Shown piece after piece: positions 54,648-64,000 of a DNA stretch of 64,000 bases (within the stretch, counting starts at the first letter, position 1; each line of letters starts with the position of its first letter). Position numbers and translations under genes: made by a program. Source of the DNA: an uncultured Candidatus Saccharibacteria bacterium (GTDB taxonomy: Bacteria > Patescibacteriota > Minisyncoccia > Phycocordibacterales > UBA6065); the NCBI GenBank assembly GCA_964495425.1, contig CAZBVG010000003.1, positions 64,518 through 128,517 of the forward strand, in the 5' to 3' direction. The notes beneath the pieces are model-generated. The model saw only the letters and a program-made list of their open reading frames with translations. It did no database searches and was not told the origin of the DNA.

Positions 54648-56900
54648 TTATTCTGCCTTCTTTTTTCTAAATCCTCTTGGTTTCTTTGGCTCTTTAATGA
54701 TTTCTAATGCACGATCGAGCTTAATGTTATAGACATCATCAGGCTTTTTCACTGATCGAAAATCTCCATCATGAACAACGTATGGGCCGAATCGTCCGAT
54801 GTTTGCCGTGATGACTTTACCTGTTTCTGGATGATTCCCAAGTTGGCGTGGAAGAGAAAGGAAATGGACGGCCTGAGCAAGCGTCACTTCTTCAGGTTTA
54901 ACTTCCTTTGGAACAGAAGCGCGACGAAGCTTTGGTTTTGGAGCTTTCTTTGATTTTCGCTTTTTCGGTTTTTCTTCTGGGGCAGGCGTCTCAACCGGAG
55001 TAGCTTCTTCAGGCATAACCATTTCAACGTACGGACCGTATTTACCTGTCTTGAGAGTTATTTCTGATTTAGTGTCTGGGTGAATACCAATTACTTTATC
55101 CTTTGGCATTTCAGAGCCGTCGAGCATGAGCGCTCCATCGCAATCCGGGTATCGGGAGCATGAAAGGAATTTACCTGAGCGACCAAGTTTTATGATCATG
55201 CCTGAGCCACATTTTGGACAGGTGATATGTGGGTCGGCATCGCCAAGTGTCGTAGCCTTATCGAGTTTTTCTTTCGATTTAACGTCTTTAAGGAACGGTT
55301 TATAGAATGTTGAAAGTGTTTTTGCGTACTCAGCCTTACCTTCAGCGATGAGGTCGAGCTTATCTTCCATGTCAGCAGTAAAGGTGTCACTAATATATTC
55401 GCCAAGATTGTCCTCGAGGAATGATGAAACCACTTCACCTGTATCAGTTGGTTTGAGTGAGCGACCTTCTTTTGTTACGTATTCTCGATCCTCAAGAGTT
55501 TTGATAATTGATGCGTATGTTGAAGGGCGACCAATACCTCGAGCTTCGAGTTCTTTAATAAGTCCTGCTTCAGAGTATCGAGACGGTGGTTCGGTGAATT
55601 TCTCAAGTGATGCAATGTCGACCAGTTCGAGTTTTTCTCCTTCCTTAACTTTCGGTAACTCAACATCTTCACCACGAGCTTCTGAGTCAGCCATAAACCA
55701 ACCTTGGAAAATAGTTCGAGAACCGTTTGCCTGGAAATCAGGAATAGATTTTGAAGCAACGTTTGCGGTGATTTTAGTCCTCATGAGGCGAGCGTCTTTC
55801 ATCTGTGATGCAACTGTTCGGGACCAGATAAGTTCATACAGTTTGTGTTCATCCGGGTTCGCTCCTGCAGTCCTTTTTGATGAATTGGTTGGACGAACTG
55901 CTTCGTGTGCTTCCTGTGCGTTTTTTGATTTTGTTGCATAGGTACGGACTTCGACAAGATCTTTGCCGAATTCTTTTGCAATTACATCAGAAATTTGCGC
56001 AACTGCTTGCTTTGAGAGGGTTGTTGAGTCAGTTCTCATGTAAGTGATGAGGCCGGCTTCATATAACTTTTGAGCGGCACGCATGGTTCGTGAAGGTGAA
56101 AAGCCGAGGCGTGTCGAGGCTGCCTGCTGAAGGGTAGAGGTAGTAAACGGCGCGCGCGGTGATCGCTTTGCCTCTGATTCATCTACGGAAATGACCTGCC
56201 ATGATTCTTTCTTGCCCGTTGCAACAATTCGTTCAGCTTCTTTTTGTTCTTTCGGCTCAACGCTACATATGAGAGGGAATTTTTCTTTCTTAAGTGTTTT
56301 TGTTTCTGCTGAAATAGTAAAGTAGCGTTCTGGCTTGAATGCTTTGATTTCTCGTTCTCGTTCTACGAGAATGCGAAGGGCAGGTGACTGCACGCGACCC
56401 GCTGAAAGGCCGTAACGGACTTTTTTCCAAATGATACCTGAGAGGTCGTATCCTACGAGTCTGTCGAGCACTCGACGCGCTTCTTGAGCTCGGCGCAAAT
56501 TTTCATCGATATCACGAGGATGATTGAGGGCTTCGACGATGGCGTCCTTTGTAATCTCGTGAAAGACAACTCGCTTTACAGGCTTTTTCCCAAAGTTAAC
56601 CGCTTCCGCAATGTGCCATGCAATTGCTTCACCTTCTCGGTCGGGGTCGGTTGCAAGGAGAACTTCAGAAGATTTTTTGGCCAAGCGCTCGATTTCACTC
56701 AACACTTTTTCCTTGCCTGCGCTTACTTCGTAATGAGGAACAAAGCCGTCGAGATCAATTGCTTTCTTGTTTGATTTAGGAAGGTCGCGCACATGACCAA
56801 CAGAAGCGACAACGGTGTAGTCGCTTCCCAAATATTTTCCGATTGTCTTTGCCTTTGCCGGAGACTCGACGATAAGAAGTTTTGACATATATTGTGCCAA
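54648..56900 (-). CDS. topA: DNA topoisomerase I
   Basis: Toprim LLIVESPAKAKTIGKYLG, the active-site Tyr region, Zn-ribbon CPKCGS...C, and a Lys-rich C-terminal tail. 750 aa. Confidence 0.9.
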   Translation of the reverse strand: MAQYMSKLLIVESPAKAKTIGKYLGSDYTVVASVGHVRDLPKSNKKAIDLDGFVPHYEVSAGKEKVLSEIERLAKKSSEVLLATDPDREGEAIAWHIAEAVNFGKKPVKRVVFHEITKDAIVEALNHPRDIDENLRRAQEARRVLDRLVGYDLSGIIWKKVRYGLSAGRVQSPALRILVEREREIKAFKPERYFTISAETKTLKKEKFPLICSVEPKEQKEAERIVATGKKESWQVISVDESEAKRSPRAPFTTSTLQQAASTRLGFSPSRTMRAAQKLYEAGLITYMRTDSTTLSKQAVAQISDVIAKEFGKDLVEVRTYATKSKNAQEAHEAVRPTNSSKRTAGANPDEHKLYELIWSRTVASQMKDARLMRTKITANVASKSIPDFQANGSRTIFQGWFMADSEARGEDVELPKVKEGEKLELVDIASLEKFTEPPSRYSEAGLIKELEARGIGRPSTYASIIKTLEDREYVTKEGRSLKPTDTGEVVSSFLEDNLGEYISDTFTADMEDKLDLIAEGKAEYAKTLSTFYKPFLKDVKSKEKLDKATTLGDADPHITCPKCGSGMIIKLGRSGKFLSCSRYPDCDGALMLDGSEMPKDKVIGIHPDTKSEITLKTGKYGPYVEMVMPEEATPVETPAPEEKPKKRKSKKAPKPKLRRASVPKEVKPEEVTLAQAVHFLSLPRQLGNHPETGKVITANIGRFGPYVVHDGDFRSVKKPDDVYNIKLDRALEIIKEPKKPRGFRKKKAE

Positions 56901-56944
56901 GTATTACATGATGCGAAAACGTTTGGCAAATTTGTTGTTCAAAT

Positions 56945-56975
56945 ATGTGAATAAAAAAGCTGCGCAATGACGCGC
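56945..56975 (-). terminator. Terminator (gctgcgcgtcattgcgcagc + T6 on minus strand)
   Basis: 7-bp GC stem followed by a U-run when read on the minus strand, downstream of the 56987 gene. Confidence 0.55.
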
Positions 56976-56986
56976 AGCGATAGTAA

Positions 56987-57460
56987 TTAACCGGCCCTGA
57001 CTTCAGCGGTTGAAGGGGGTTGCTCGATCTGACTTTTTTCAGTCAGTCGACGTGTGCGAATTCCAGCGTACAAATCCATCGAATTGTTCGGGATTCGATG
57101 ATTTGTATACACCTCATGAGGTAGGATGTAATTAACATCCAGTGTCGTTACCTTGCAGCCATTCCAGGTGCTGATGGAATAACTTTTAAGAAGCTGGGGG
57201 TTATTAACAAGACCCCGTAGATCTTCTTCGGAAACAAATGCGATACCGCATTTGCCCATTTCCCAGACCGGCGTGTCATCCTTTTCAACCTGTGGACGCC
57301 AGCGGAAGATGTATATTGTCTCACCGAATTGGCTTTGGCATTTCATGACAGTCTTGAGACGGCTGCCATAGAATGGGTTGTAGAGTTTAATGAGCTGGTT
57401 TTTAAAGCACAGCAGGAGTAATCCTGCGACAGCAATAGGAAGGACTAATGGATAATCCAT
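56987..57460 (-). CDS. Hypothetical membrane-anchored protein
   Basis: Start trimmed to MDYPLVLPIAVAGLLLLCF (TM anchor). Cys- and Trp-containing extracytoplasmic domain with no known motif. Confidence 0.35.
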   Translation of the reverse strand: MDYPLVLPIAVAGLLLLCFKNQLIKLYNPFYGSRLKTVMKCQSQFGETIYIFRWRPQVEKDDTPVWEMGKCGIAFVSEEDLRGLVNNPQLLKSYSISTWNGCKVTTLDVNYILPHEVYTNHRIPNNSMDLYAGIRTRRLTEKSQIEQPPSTAEVRAG

Positions 57461-57509
57461 GGTAAGTATAAAGAGATCTAAAGACAGTATGACGTAAATA
57501 TTATTTGGG

Positions 57510-58367
57510 TCAAATTCGTCTAATTTCACCCATCGTTTCGATAATTGCACCTTTAATCTCAAGAAGTGAAATAAGTGCATTGAGCGTGCTTATATCCATA
57601 TGTAAGCTTTCAATAAGTTGATCTCTTGATTGAGGTGTTTCGAGTGCAGCAAGCAGCTTCAGTTCATTTTCTGAAGCATCTTTATAATCAAACGACGGTT
57701 GTTTTTCTTTGAAGGTAAATCCGAGGGCTTCAATGAGTTCCTGGCCGGTCGTGATTGGGGTAGCACCAAGTCTGATAAGCATGTGGGGACCGGCGCTTTG
57801 TACTGAAAATATTGAACCAGGTACCGCGAAAACATTTCTATTAAATTCTGTTGCGTATTTCGATGTAATTAGTGTTCCTGATTTTATCTCTGCCTCAATG
57901 ACAAGAGTTGCATGAGAAATACCAGCCATGATTCGATTGCGGATAGGAAACATCCATGGTGCCGCAGGCATATCGTGTGCAAAAGGAGATATGAGTGCGC
58001 CATGCGATTCCAAAATCTGTTTCGCAATAGTTCGATTCGATGCGGGATAGAGTGTGTTGTCAGAAAGTCCTGATCCGGGTATTGCAATGGTTCGGAGTCC
58101 AGCTGCGAGTGCCGCTTTGTGTGCCAAGATATCGATTCCATGTGCTAAACCCGACACAATTACTACTGGAAATCCAGAAAGACTTTTGACGAGCATCTCA
58201 ACCACTTCTTTTCCATATGCCGTATGCTTTCTCGAGCCAACAATAGTAAGAAATATGTGCGTATCATCCGGTAATTCTCCTCTTATAGAGAGTTTTTCAG
58301 GTAAGCCTGATATTTGCTGTAATAAAGCTGGGTATTCATGGGGGAGAAGTTCCTGGATGGAATTCAT
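57510..58367 (-). CDS. dprA: DNA-processing protein DprA (Smf)
   Basis: Rossmann-like DprA core IVGSRKHTAYGKEVVEMLVKSLSGFPVVIVSGLAHGIDILAHKAAL, with SAM-like and C-terminal WH regions. Start at MNSIQELLP. Confidence 0.8.
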   Translation of the reverse strand: MNSIQELLPHEYPALLQQISGLPEKLSIRGELPDDTHIFLTIVGSRKHTAYGKEVVEMLVKSLSGFPVVIVSGLAHGIDILAHKAALAAGLRTIAIPGSGLSDNTLYPASNRTIAKQILESHGALISPFAHDMPAAPWMFPIRNRIMAGISHATLVIEAEIKSGTLITSKYATEFNRNVFAVPGSIFSVQSAGPHMLIRLGATPITTGQELIEALGFTFKEKQPSFDYKDASENELKLLAALETPQSRDQLIESLHMDISTLNALISLLEIKGAIIETMGEIRRI

Positions 58368-58409
58368 AATGCAAGTATTGTAGTATGGGTAAGTTAAAGA
58401 AAATCTAAA

Positions 58410-59672
58410 ATGCTTGATATTAAGTTTATTCGGGACAACAAGGATCTTGTGCAGATGGGCGCAAAAAAGAAGCATGTCGATATCGATATTGCGGCTTTAA
58501 TTGCGCTTGATGATAAAAGACGTGCTCTTCAGACATCACTTGAGGCAAAGAGGGCAGAGCAGAATGCTGTTTCAGCAAAACTCCCGCAGGTAGATGCTGC
58601 TACAAAGGCGTCTCTTCTTGAATCAATGAAGAAGCTTAAGACTGATCTTCAAGCAGAGGATGAAAGTCTCAAAGAAGTAATGAAAGAGTGGCAGAATATG
58701 ATGCTTCGGGTACCTAATATTCCTGACATGTCTGTGCCAGAAGGTGCCACTGATGCGGAGAATAAAGAAATCAAAGTTTGGGGAGATAAGACTAAGTTTA
58801 CGTTTGAACCAAAGGATCATGTTGAAATAATGACCAAGCTTGGCATGGTTGATTTTGAGAGGGGAGCAAAAGTTCATGGCTTCCGAGGATATTTCCTTAC
58901 AGGCGAAGGTGCTCGACTTTCGTTTGCGATCTGGAGCTATGCAATGGATTTCTTTTCAAAGCGAGGATTTACGCCAATCATTCCTCCGGTCATTGTTCGC
59001 AAGCAACATTTGTACGGCACAGCGCACCTTCCCGGTGATGTTGAGGACTATTATATGACTCAAGACGGTGATGCTCTTGCGGGTACGGCAGAAGTTCCGG
59101 TTATGGCACTTCACTCAGAGGAAGTTCTTGAATCAAAAGATTTTCCAATAAAATATTTGGGATTTTCTCCATGCTTTAGACGAGAAGCGGGCAGTCACTC
59201 AAAGGACGTGAAGGGACTTATTCGTGTCCATGAATTCTACAAACTCGAGCAAGTGGTTTTGTGTGAGGCAAGCCACGAGACATCAGTGAAATTACACGAT
59301 GAGATCAACCGCAACACCGAAGAATTCATTGAATCACTCGGCATTCCATATCATACGGTTATTAACTGTGGCGGTGACCTTGGGTTGGGTCAGGTAAAGA
59401 AGTACGACATCGAACTATGGGTTCCAAAAGAAGGTAAGTATCGAGAAATTTCTTCTGCATCATATTTCCATGATTTCCAGTGCCGACGATTTAATATCCG
59501 CTATCGTGATGCTGAAGGAAAACTTAAATATGCCCACTCACTTAACTGCACGGCGATTCCAACACCACGAATCCTCGTATCGCTCGTCGAAAATAACCAG
59601 CAGGCAGATGGTTCTATCCGCATACCAGAGGCTCTCAAACCGTACTTCGGAAAAGATTCTATAACCAAATAA
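58410..59672 (+). CDS. serS: Seryl-tRNA synthetase
   Basis: N-terminal coiled-coil arm (MLDIKFIRDN...). Class II motifs 2 and 3 (FRREAGSHSKDVKGLIRVHEF; GLGQ...). 420 aa. Confidence 0.85.
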   Translation: MLDIKFIRDNKDLVQMGAKKKHVDIDIAALIALDDKRRALQTSLEAKRAEQNAVSAKLPQVDAATKASLLESMKKLKTDLQAEDESLKEVMKEWQNMMLRVPNIPDMSVPEGATDAENKEIKVWGDKTKFTFEPKDHVEIMTKLGMVDFERGAKVHGFRGYFLTGEGARLSFAIWSYAMDFFSKRGFTPIIPPVIVRKQHLYGTAHLPGDVEDYYMTQDGDALAGTAEVPVMALHSEEVLESKDFPIKYLGFSPCFRREAGSHSKDVKGLIRVHEFYKLEQVVLCEASHETSVKLHDEINRNTEEFIESLGIPYHTVINCGGDLGLGQVKKYDIELWVPKEGKYREISSASYFHDFQCRRFNIRYRDAEGKLKYAHSLNCTAIPTPRILVSLVENNQQADGSIRIPEALKPYFGKDSITK

Positions 59673-59676
59673 GTTC

Positions 59677-60543
59677 ATGCGTGGCCAGGTAAAGGTCTAC
59701 CAGAAAAAGATCGTCGCCAAGCGCCGCAGGCGAATATTTCTTCTTTCTATATACACGTGTGTAGTCATTGGCCTCCTTGTTTCGGGGCTTTCATTTGTAA
59801 GTCATCTTGATTCGCTTACAATTGAAAATATTGTGACGGAAGGATCAACACCAAGTTTGGATGCAGATTTGAGAAATGTGGTTTTGGAAAAAATGAACGG
59901 TAATTATGGTTTCCTTTTTTCAAAACGAAATACGTTTCTATACCCTAAAGATCAAATAGAGAAGGCGCTTGCGTCACTTCCTTCAATAAAGAGAGCGGAT
60001 GTTTCGCGCAGGGGACTTAATGCACTCGTGGTTTTTGTAACTGAGCGAGACGAATCTGCCCGATGGTGTTCAAATAACGATGGATCAGCATGTTACCTCT
60101 TGGATGATGCGGGAATGGTATTTGCACCTGCTCATGTTGGCTGCGGATCGAATGTGTGTGTATCTGAAGTCGCGACAAGCTCACTCTTTGTGTATAAGGG
60201 TCTCATTGATGAAAATCCGATCGGTAAGCAATTTTTACCTGCCGATGATTTTAAGAAAATTCAATTTTTCATGCAGGAAATTGAAGGTCTCTCACTTCAT
60301 CCTGTAGAAGCTGATATGGCTGAAACGGGCTATATAACAATTCGTCTGTTTGATGGAGGAGAAATTGTGGTAAATAGTAAAGATAATTTGGCTAAGGTGC
60401 TCGTAAATCTTGAAACGCTAATCACTGACAAGAAAATTGCCCCAGATTTCTCGCTCTTTCTACGAACACTTGATTACATAAAAATCGATTCTGGAAATAA
60501 GGCAGTGTATAAAATGAAAACCTCGACCAATTTGGCAGAGTAG
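59677..60543 (+). CDS. Cell division protein FtsQ/DivIB-like (TM + POTRA)
   Basis: Basic N-terminus and TM (IFLLSIYTCVVIGLLVSGL). POTRA-like IENIVTEGST...LNALVVFVTERDE. C-terminal beta domain. Confidence 0.45.
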   Translation: MRGQVKVYQKKIVAKRRRRIFLLSIYTCVVIGLLVSGLSFVSHLDSLTIENIVTEGSTPSLDADLRNVVLEKMNGNYGFLFSKRNTFLYPKDQIEKALASLPSIKRADVSRRGLNALVVFVTERDESARWCSNNDGSACYLLDDAGMVFAPAHVGCGSNVCVSEVATSSLFVYKGLIDENPIGKQFLPADDFKKIQFFMQEIEGLSLHPVEADMAETGYITIRLFDGGEIVVNSKDNLAKVLVNLETLITDKKIAPDFSLFLRTLDYIKIDSGNKAVYKMKTSTNLAE

Positions 60544-60561
60544 GGTAAGGTGGTGATCTAT

Positions 60562-61542
60562 ATGAATCGTGGATTTTGGGCAAAACTGCATAAACCATTT
60601 TTCGTCCTTGCGCCGATGGCAGATGTCACCGACGCGGCTTTTCGACGAATTATTGCTAAACACGGAAGACCGGATGTGTTTTGGACTGAATTCGTCTCAG
60701 CTGACGGGCTTGCTTCACCTGGACGCAAGGTGCTGCTTCGGGATCTTGAATTTACCCGTTCAGAAAAACCTATTGTTGCGCAGCTTTTTTCTTCTAAGCC
60801 AGACAAAATGCGAGAGGCGGCTGCTCTCTGCCAGAAGCTTGGCTTTGACGGAATTGATATCAATATGGGTTGTCCCGATCGATCTATCGAAGGGCAGGGG
60901 TGTGGTGCTGCGATGATTAAAAATCCAAAGAATGCACGCGAGATTATACGTGCTGCGAAAGAAGGTGCGCCGAAGCTTCCTATTTCTGTGAAGACTCGTA
61001 TTGGATATAACAAAAATGAGATTGCTACGTGGATTCCCGAGATTTTGGCTGAAGGCGTAGCAGCTCTTACCGTTCATTGCCGCACACGAAAAGAAATGTC
61101 TCTTGTTCCAGCTCGCTGGGAACATATTAGAGAAGTAACAGCACTACGAGACAAGATTTCTCCTGAGACTTTGATCATTGGAAATGGTGATATTAAAGAC
61201 ATCGACGATGCACGAGCAAAGGCAGCAGAGTTTGGCGCAGATGGGGTGATGCTCGGTCGCGCGATATTTGGAAATCCGTGGCTCTTCTCGTCTCTTCACG
61301 GAAAGCAAAACATCCCAACAATTTCTGAGAAACTAAATGTACTAGTAGAGCACACAAAACTCTACGAAAAGCTTTTGGGGGATATAAAAAGCTTTGCGAT
61401 CATGAAAAAGCACTTTAAGGCGTATGTGAATGGCTTTGAAGGAGCAAAAGAATTTAGAACTGAGCTCATGGAAGCGGTTGATGCTAAAGAAGTGGGGAAG
61501 AAGGTGAAAGCATTTCTCACCACAAGACAGGATCTTAAATAA
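60562..61542 (+). CDS. dus: tRNA-dihydrouridine synthase
   Basis: FVLAPMADVTDAAFRRI, FMN-binding TIM barrel (DGIDINMGCP), and the catalytic Cys region. 326 aa. Terminator cggctcaatagagccg + T5 at 61545-61568. Confidence 0.8.
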   Translation: MNRGFWAKLHKPFFVLAPMADVTDAAFRRIIAKHGRPDVFWTEFVSADGLASPGRKVLLRDLEFTRSEKPIVAQLFSSKPDKMREAAALCQKLGFDGIDINMGCPDRSIEGQGCGAAMIKNPKNAREIIRAAKEGAPKLPISVKTRIGYNKNEIATWIPEILAEGVAALTVHCRTRKEMSLVPARWEHIREVTALRDKISPETLIIGNGDIKDIDDARAKAAEFGADGVMLGRAIFGNPWLFSSLHGKQNIPTISEKLNVLVEHTKLYEKLLGDIKSFAIMKKHFKAYVNGFEGAKEFRTELMEAVDAKEVGKKVKAFLTTRQDLK

Positions 61543-61596
61543 ACGGCTCAATAGAGCCGTTTTTCATATTTTTCATGTAATTTGGGTCAAGAGTAC

Positions 61597-61624
61597 TTGA
61601 CTTATTATTTAAGTATGCTATGAT
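61597..61624 (+). promoter_or_regulatory. Strong sigma70-like promoter TTGACT-16-TATGAT
   Basis: -35 cttgact at 61597-61602 and -10 tatgat at 61619-61624. It drives transcription into a 560-nt GC-rich untranslated region ahead of the ORF at 62205. Confidence 0.5.
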
Positions 61625-61639
61625 ACTGGCATAACAGTT

Positions 61640-62204
61640 CCTTGATTTCGTGTTTCGTTGTTGGCTTCATATGAAGTCGACGCACGTTGTTATTGAACTG
61701 TAGGAGTCTACCTCGCCCATGAATAATGGTCCCCCGCAGAATCGCAGCTCCAACCTCTTGTGCGTCAGTGTCCTCAACGCCGGCCGCGGCGACGTCAGCT
61801 AATCGCTGACGTCGGCCTTAACCTTTCCGTTATGATTCAGCAGACCGCGTGATCGCCGGCACAAGTTGCCGGTGGAAAGAGATTACGAGGAAAGAAAACC
61901 TGAAAAGCCACTGCAGGCATGAGTATTCGTAGATTGTAGGTGTCAGGACTTGATCCTGAAACGAACCGACGATCAAAGTTTTTATCACAATTTTTTAGAA
62001 AAAAAGTGTGAGCCTAGAGGAAGCAGAGCCTCCAGAGGAAGTTGTTTCTACAAGGACACTAAACAAATCAGAAATACGTCCATGTGGTTTCAAAAAGACC
62101 TCAACCCACCAAAGCAATTTGGTGGGTTCTTTGTTTCTGGACAACTTATATACAAAAGAGTATGGTTGGGGCGGAATAGATTTTCAACATCAAACACTCT
62201 CATT
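61640..62204 (+). ncRNA. Long GC-rich structured leader or independent ncRNA candidate
   Basis: Lies downstream of a consensus-like promoter and has no credible ORF. Local GC is elevated and hairpins include gacgtcagc-taatc-gctgacgtc at 61793-61815. Ends at a hypothetical ORF. Confidence 0.3.
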
Positions 62205-62630
62205 ATGACGAAACCAAAAAGTGAAAGAGTTGAATGGCTCATTCGAGCTCAGCGAAACATGACCCACAAAAATGTGGGTAGGACGTTGGCAGGGAATCAG
62301 GACGAACTTTCTGATCCCGGAGCACTTCGCTTTGAAGTGAAAACAAATGATGGTGTGTGGAATATGTGGAGTTGCGGTGAACGCAATTTTGCTGATTCCA
62401 AAGCCATCGTCTTGGATTTCCTGGGACAGGGTGAGGTTGTGTTTCTCTACAAGAAAATTGGGGAGGCATATCCTTTTCGTTTTGAAGATGAGGAAATCAA
62501 GCAGGCGATGCAAAGCATCGGCGCACGTGAGGTACCTCTGCCCAGCCCAAAGAAGAGTAAAGCTCACAAGGCGGCAGAAAAGCGTCTCAAGGAACTTCAA
62601 AAGAAGCGCAAGCATCAGGGCGTGCACTAG
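62205..62630 (+). CDS. Hypothetical protein (141 aa, Lys-rich C-terminus)
   Basis: ORF-track ORF trimmed to MTKPKSERVEWLIRAQ... No motif recognised. Terminator caggtgga-ataca-tccacctg + T6 at 62641-62668. Confidence 0.35.
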   Translation: MTKPKSERVEWLIRAQRNMTHKNVGRTLAGNQDELSDPGALRFEVKTNDGVWNMWSCGERNFADSKAIVLDFLGQGEVVFLYKKIGEAYPFRFEDEEIKQAMQSIGAREVPLPSPKKSKAHKAAEKRLKELQKKRKHQGVH

Positions 62631-62699
62631 ATGTGATCGACAGGTGGAATACAATCCACCTGTTTTTTATTGTGTACAACGTGCTTGCAAAGGTGTCTA

Positions 62700-62920
62700 G
62701 GTGGGTGTAGGCTCAAGATGAAATGGAGGGGGATTTCCAAAAGAAGGTCATTTGGACCTTATCCAGCGGCTTCTAGCCCTCCATGATCATTTTCACTTTC
62801 CCCGGCTTAATCAAGTCTCGGGAATACAAATCGCTTAACTTCATTTGATGTTACGCTGTTTGCTGCCTGACATTACGCCTAACGCGGGCGGAGGTGATTC
62901 CTCCGCCCGCTCGTTTTTTA
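62700..62920 (+). ncRNA. Candidate small structured RNA immediately upstream of dnaX (SRP RNA position by synteny; family not confirmed)
   Basis: Non-coding stretch of about 220 nt between two terminators. It has a long imperfect stem (atggaggg...ccctccat) enclosing hairpin aaggtc-attt-gacctt. It ends in the strong terminator gcgggcggagg-tgatt-cctccgcccgc + T7 at 62884-62919. Confidence 0.3.
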
Positions 62921-62952
62921 TATAAATGGCTTGAGTTTGCTATACTTTATCC

Positions 62953-63987
62953 ATGTCACACGAAGTTTTATACCGAAAATACCGCCCGAAACATTTTAAG
63001 GAAGTAATTGGCCAGGATTCTGTTGTTAAGGCATTGAAAGGTGCAATTGAGAATGAGGCGATAGCTCACGCATATCTTTTTGCTGGCTCACGCGGAATTG
63101 GAAAGACCTCCATTGCACGTATTTTTGCATCAGAGATTGGCACATCTCAAAACGATATTTATGAGATAGACGCTGCGTCTAATCGCGGTATTGATGATAT
63201 TCGAGCACTTCGTGATGCTGTTGCTACACTTCCGTTTGAATCAAAATACAAGGTGTACATAATTGATGAAGTACACATGCTTACGAAAGAAGCGTTTAAT
63301 GCACTTTTGAAAACACTTGAGGAACCGCCAAAGCACGTTGTATTTATTCTTGCGACAACTGAAGTTCATAAGCTTCCTGAAACGATTGTCTCCCGATGCC
63401 AGGTATTTGAATTTAAGCGTCCAACGGTAGATATTTTAAAGGATGTTGTTACGGCGGTGGCCAAAAAAGAGGGCTATAGTATTGAGCCGTCTGCTGCTGA
63501 ACTTGTGGCTTTGGTAGGGGATGGATCATTCCGTGACACACACGGCATCTTGGAACGGGTCATAGCAGGAATTTCGGGCAAGAAAATTTCTCGAGAAGAT
63601 GTGGAAGAAGCAACAGGTTCGCCAAAATCTGAGCTCGTGCGAAATTTTGTACAGGCGCTAGCGGAGAAGAATACAAAAGCTGCATTTGATGCATTATCAA
63701 AAATTCGAGCGAAATCTTTTGATCCAAAGCTTTTTCTTGAATTAACAGTTTCAATGGTACGGTTAGCGTTGTTTGTAAAAATGGGTGTAGCGCATGATGC
63801 AATCGAGCAAGCATCAGATGAGGATAAAAAATTCCTCAAGGATGTATCAGTTAAGGTTGATTCAAAGTTACTCCGATCACTTTTGGGTGCATTTCAATAT
63901 ATTGGTATTTCACCAATCAGAGAATTGCCGCTTGAGCTCGCGGTTATAGAAATAGCTGGCGAAAAAGAGCAGGGACTCTTTGCCTAA
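62953..63987 (+). CDS. dnaX: DNA polymerase III subunit gamma/tau (short form, 344 aa)
   Basis: YRKYRPKHFKEVIGQDSVVKALKGAIENEAIAHAYLFAGSRGIGKTSIARIFA (clamp-loader Walker A). DEVHMLT Walker B. SRC sensor motif (TIVSRCQVFEF). Domain III present; no tau C-terminal extension. Confidence 0.9.
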   Translation: MSHEVLYRKYRPKHFKEVIGQDSVVKALKGAIENEAIAHAYLFAGSRGIGKTSIARIFASEIGTSQNDIYEIDAASNRGIDDIRALRDAVATLPFESKYKVYIIDEVHMLTKEAFNALLKTLEEPPKHVVFILATTEVHKLPETIVSRCQVFEFKRPTVDILKDVVTAVAKKEGYSIEPSAAELVALVGDGSFRDTHGILERVIAGISGKKISREDVEEATGSPKSELVRNFVQALAEKNTKAAFDALSKIRAKSFDPKLFLELTVSMVRLALFVKMGVAHDAIEQASDEDKKFLKDVSVKVDSKLLRSLLGAFQYIGISPIRELPLELAVIEIAGEKEQGLFA

Positions 63988-64000
63988 TTATCTTTTTGGT

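Noticed and set aside
62931-62946. TTGAGT/TATACT pair upstream of dnaX as a promoter
   Set aside because: The hexamers are only 4 nt apart, not 16-18. No properly spaced -35 was found, so no promoter was called.

Overview
This 64 kb window looks like the chromosome of a small-genome, AT-rich bacterium of about 42 % GC. As inference only, it resembles Patescibacteria/CPR: IF-2 is 511 aa, ValRS 722 aa and S1 372 aa; FtsZ/FtsA are present; there are many dispersed tRNAs; and there are VirB2-like pilin paralogues.

Most of the window is housekeeping:
- Translation and RNA processing: lepA, valS, tsaD, hisS, serS, infB, rbfA, rpsU, rpsA, rpmG, pth, ybeY, miaA, dus.
- DNA and division: gyrA, topA, dnaX, parB, rarA, dprA, ftsZ, ftsA, lepB.
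- Other: trxB, mscL, clpB, alr, cmk, a cysteine desulfurase, an Hsp20 and a HlyD-FtsX-ABC exporter.
- Twelve tRNA genes.

Against this backbone there are several compositionally distinct, GC-elevated accessory segments:
1. A 1.6 kb element at about 4.2-5.95 kb carries a single large serine recombinase bracketed by a perfect 71-bp inverted repeat and abuts the 3' end of tRNA-Arg(CCT).
2. A cluster of five paralogous two-helix pilin-like small proteins at 32.3-35.7 kb sits just downstream of a solute-binding-protein-like gene.
3. A tRNA-bounded, GC-elevated island at about 35.8-40.5 kb encodes an SPFH-like/NfeD-like pair, an orphan receiver domain, and secreted immunoglobulin-like and FN3-like proteins.
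4. A secreted protein carries a PEP-CTERM-like tail.
5. Three GC-rich, hairpin-dense, non-coding stretches (24.24-24.74 kb, 61.64-62.2 kb, 62.70-62.92 kb) are candidate structured RNAs that I could not assign to a known family by eye.

No CRISPR array or cas genes were seen. All coordinates and calls come from reading the sequence and ORF track by hand. Start codons were trimmed where ORF-track extensions ran through tRNAs or obvious N-terminal motifs.
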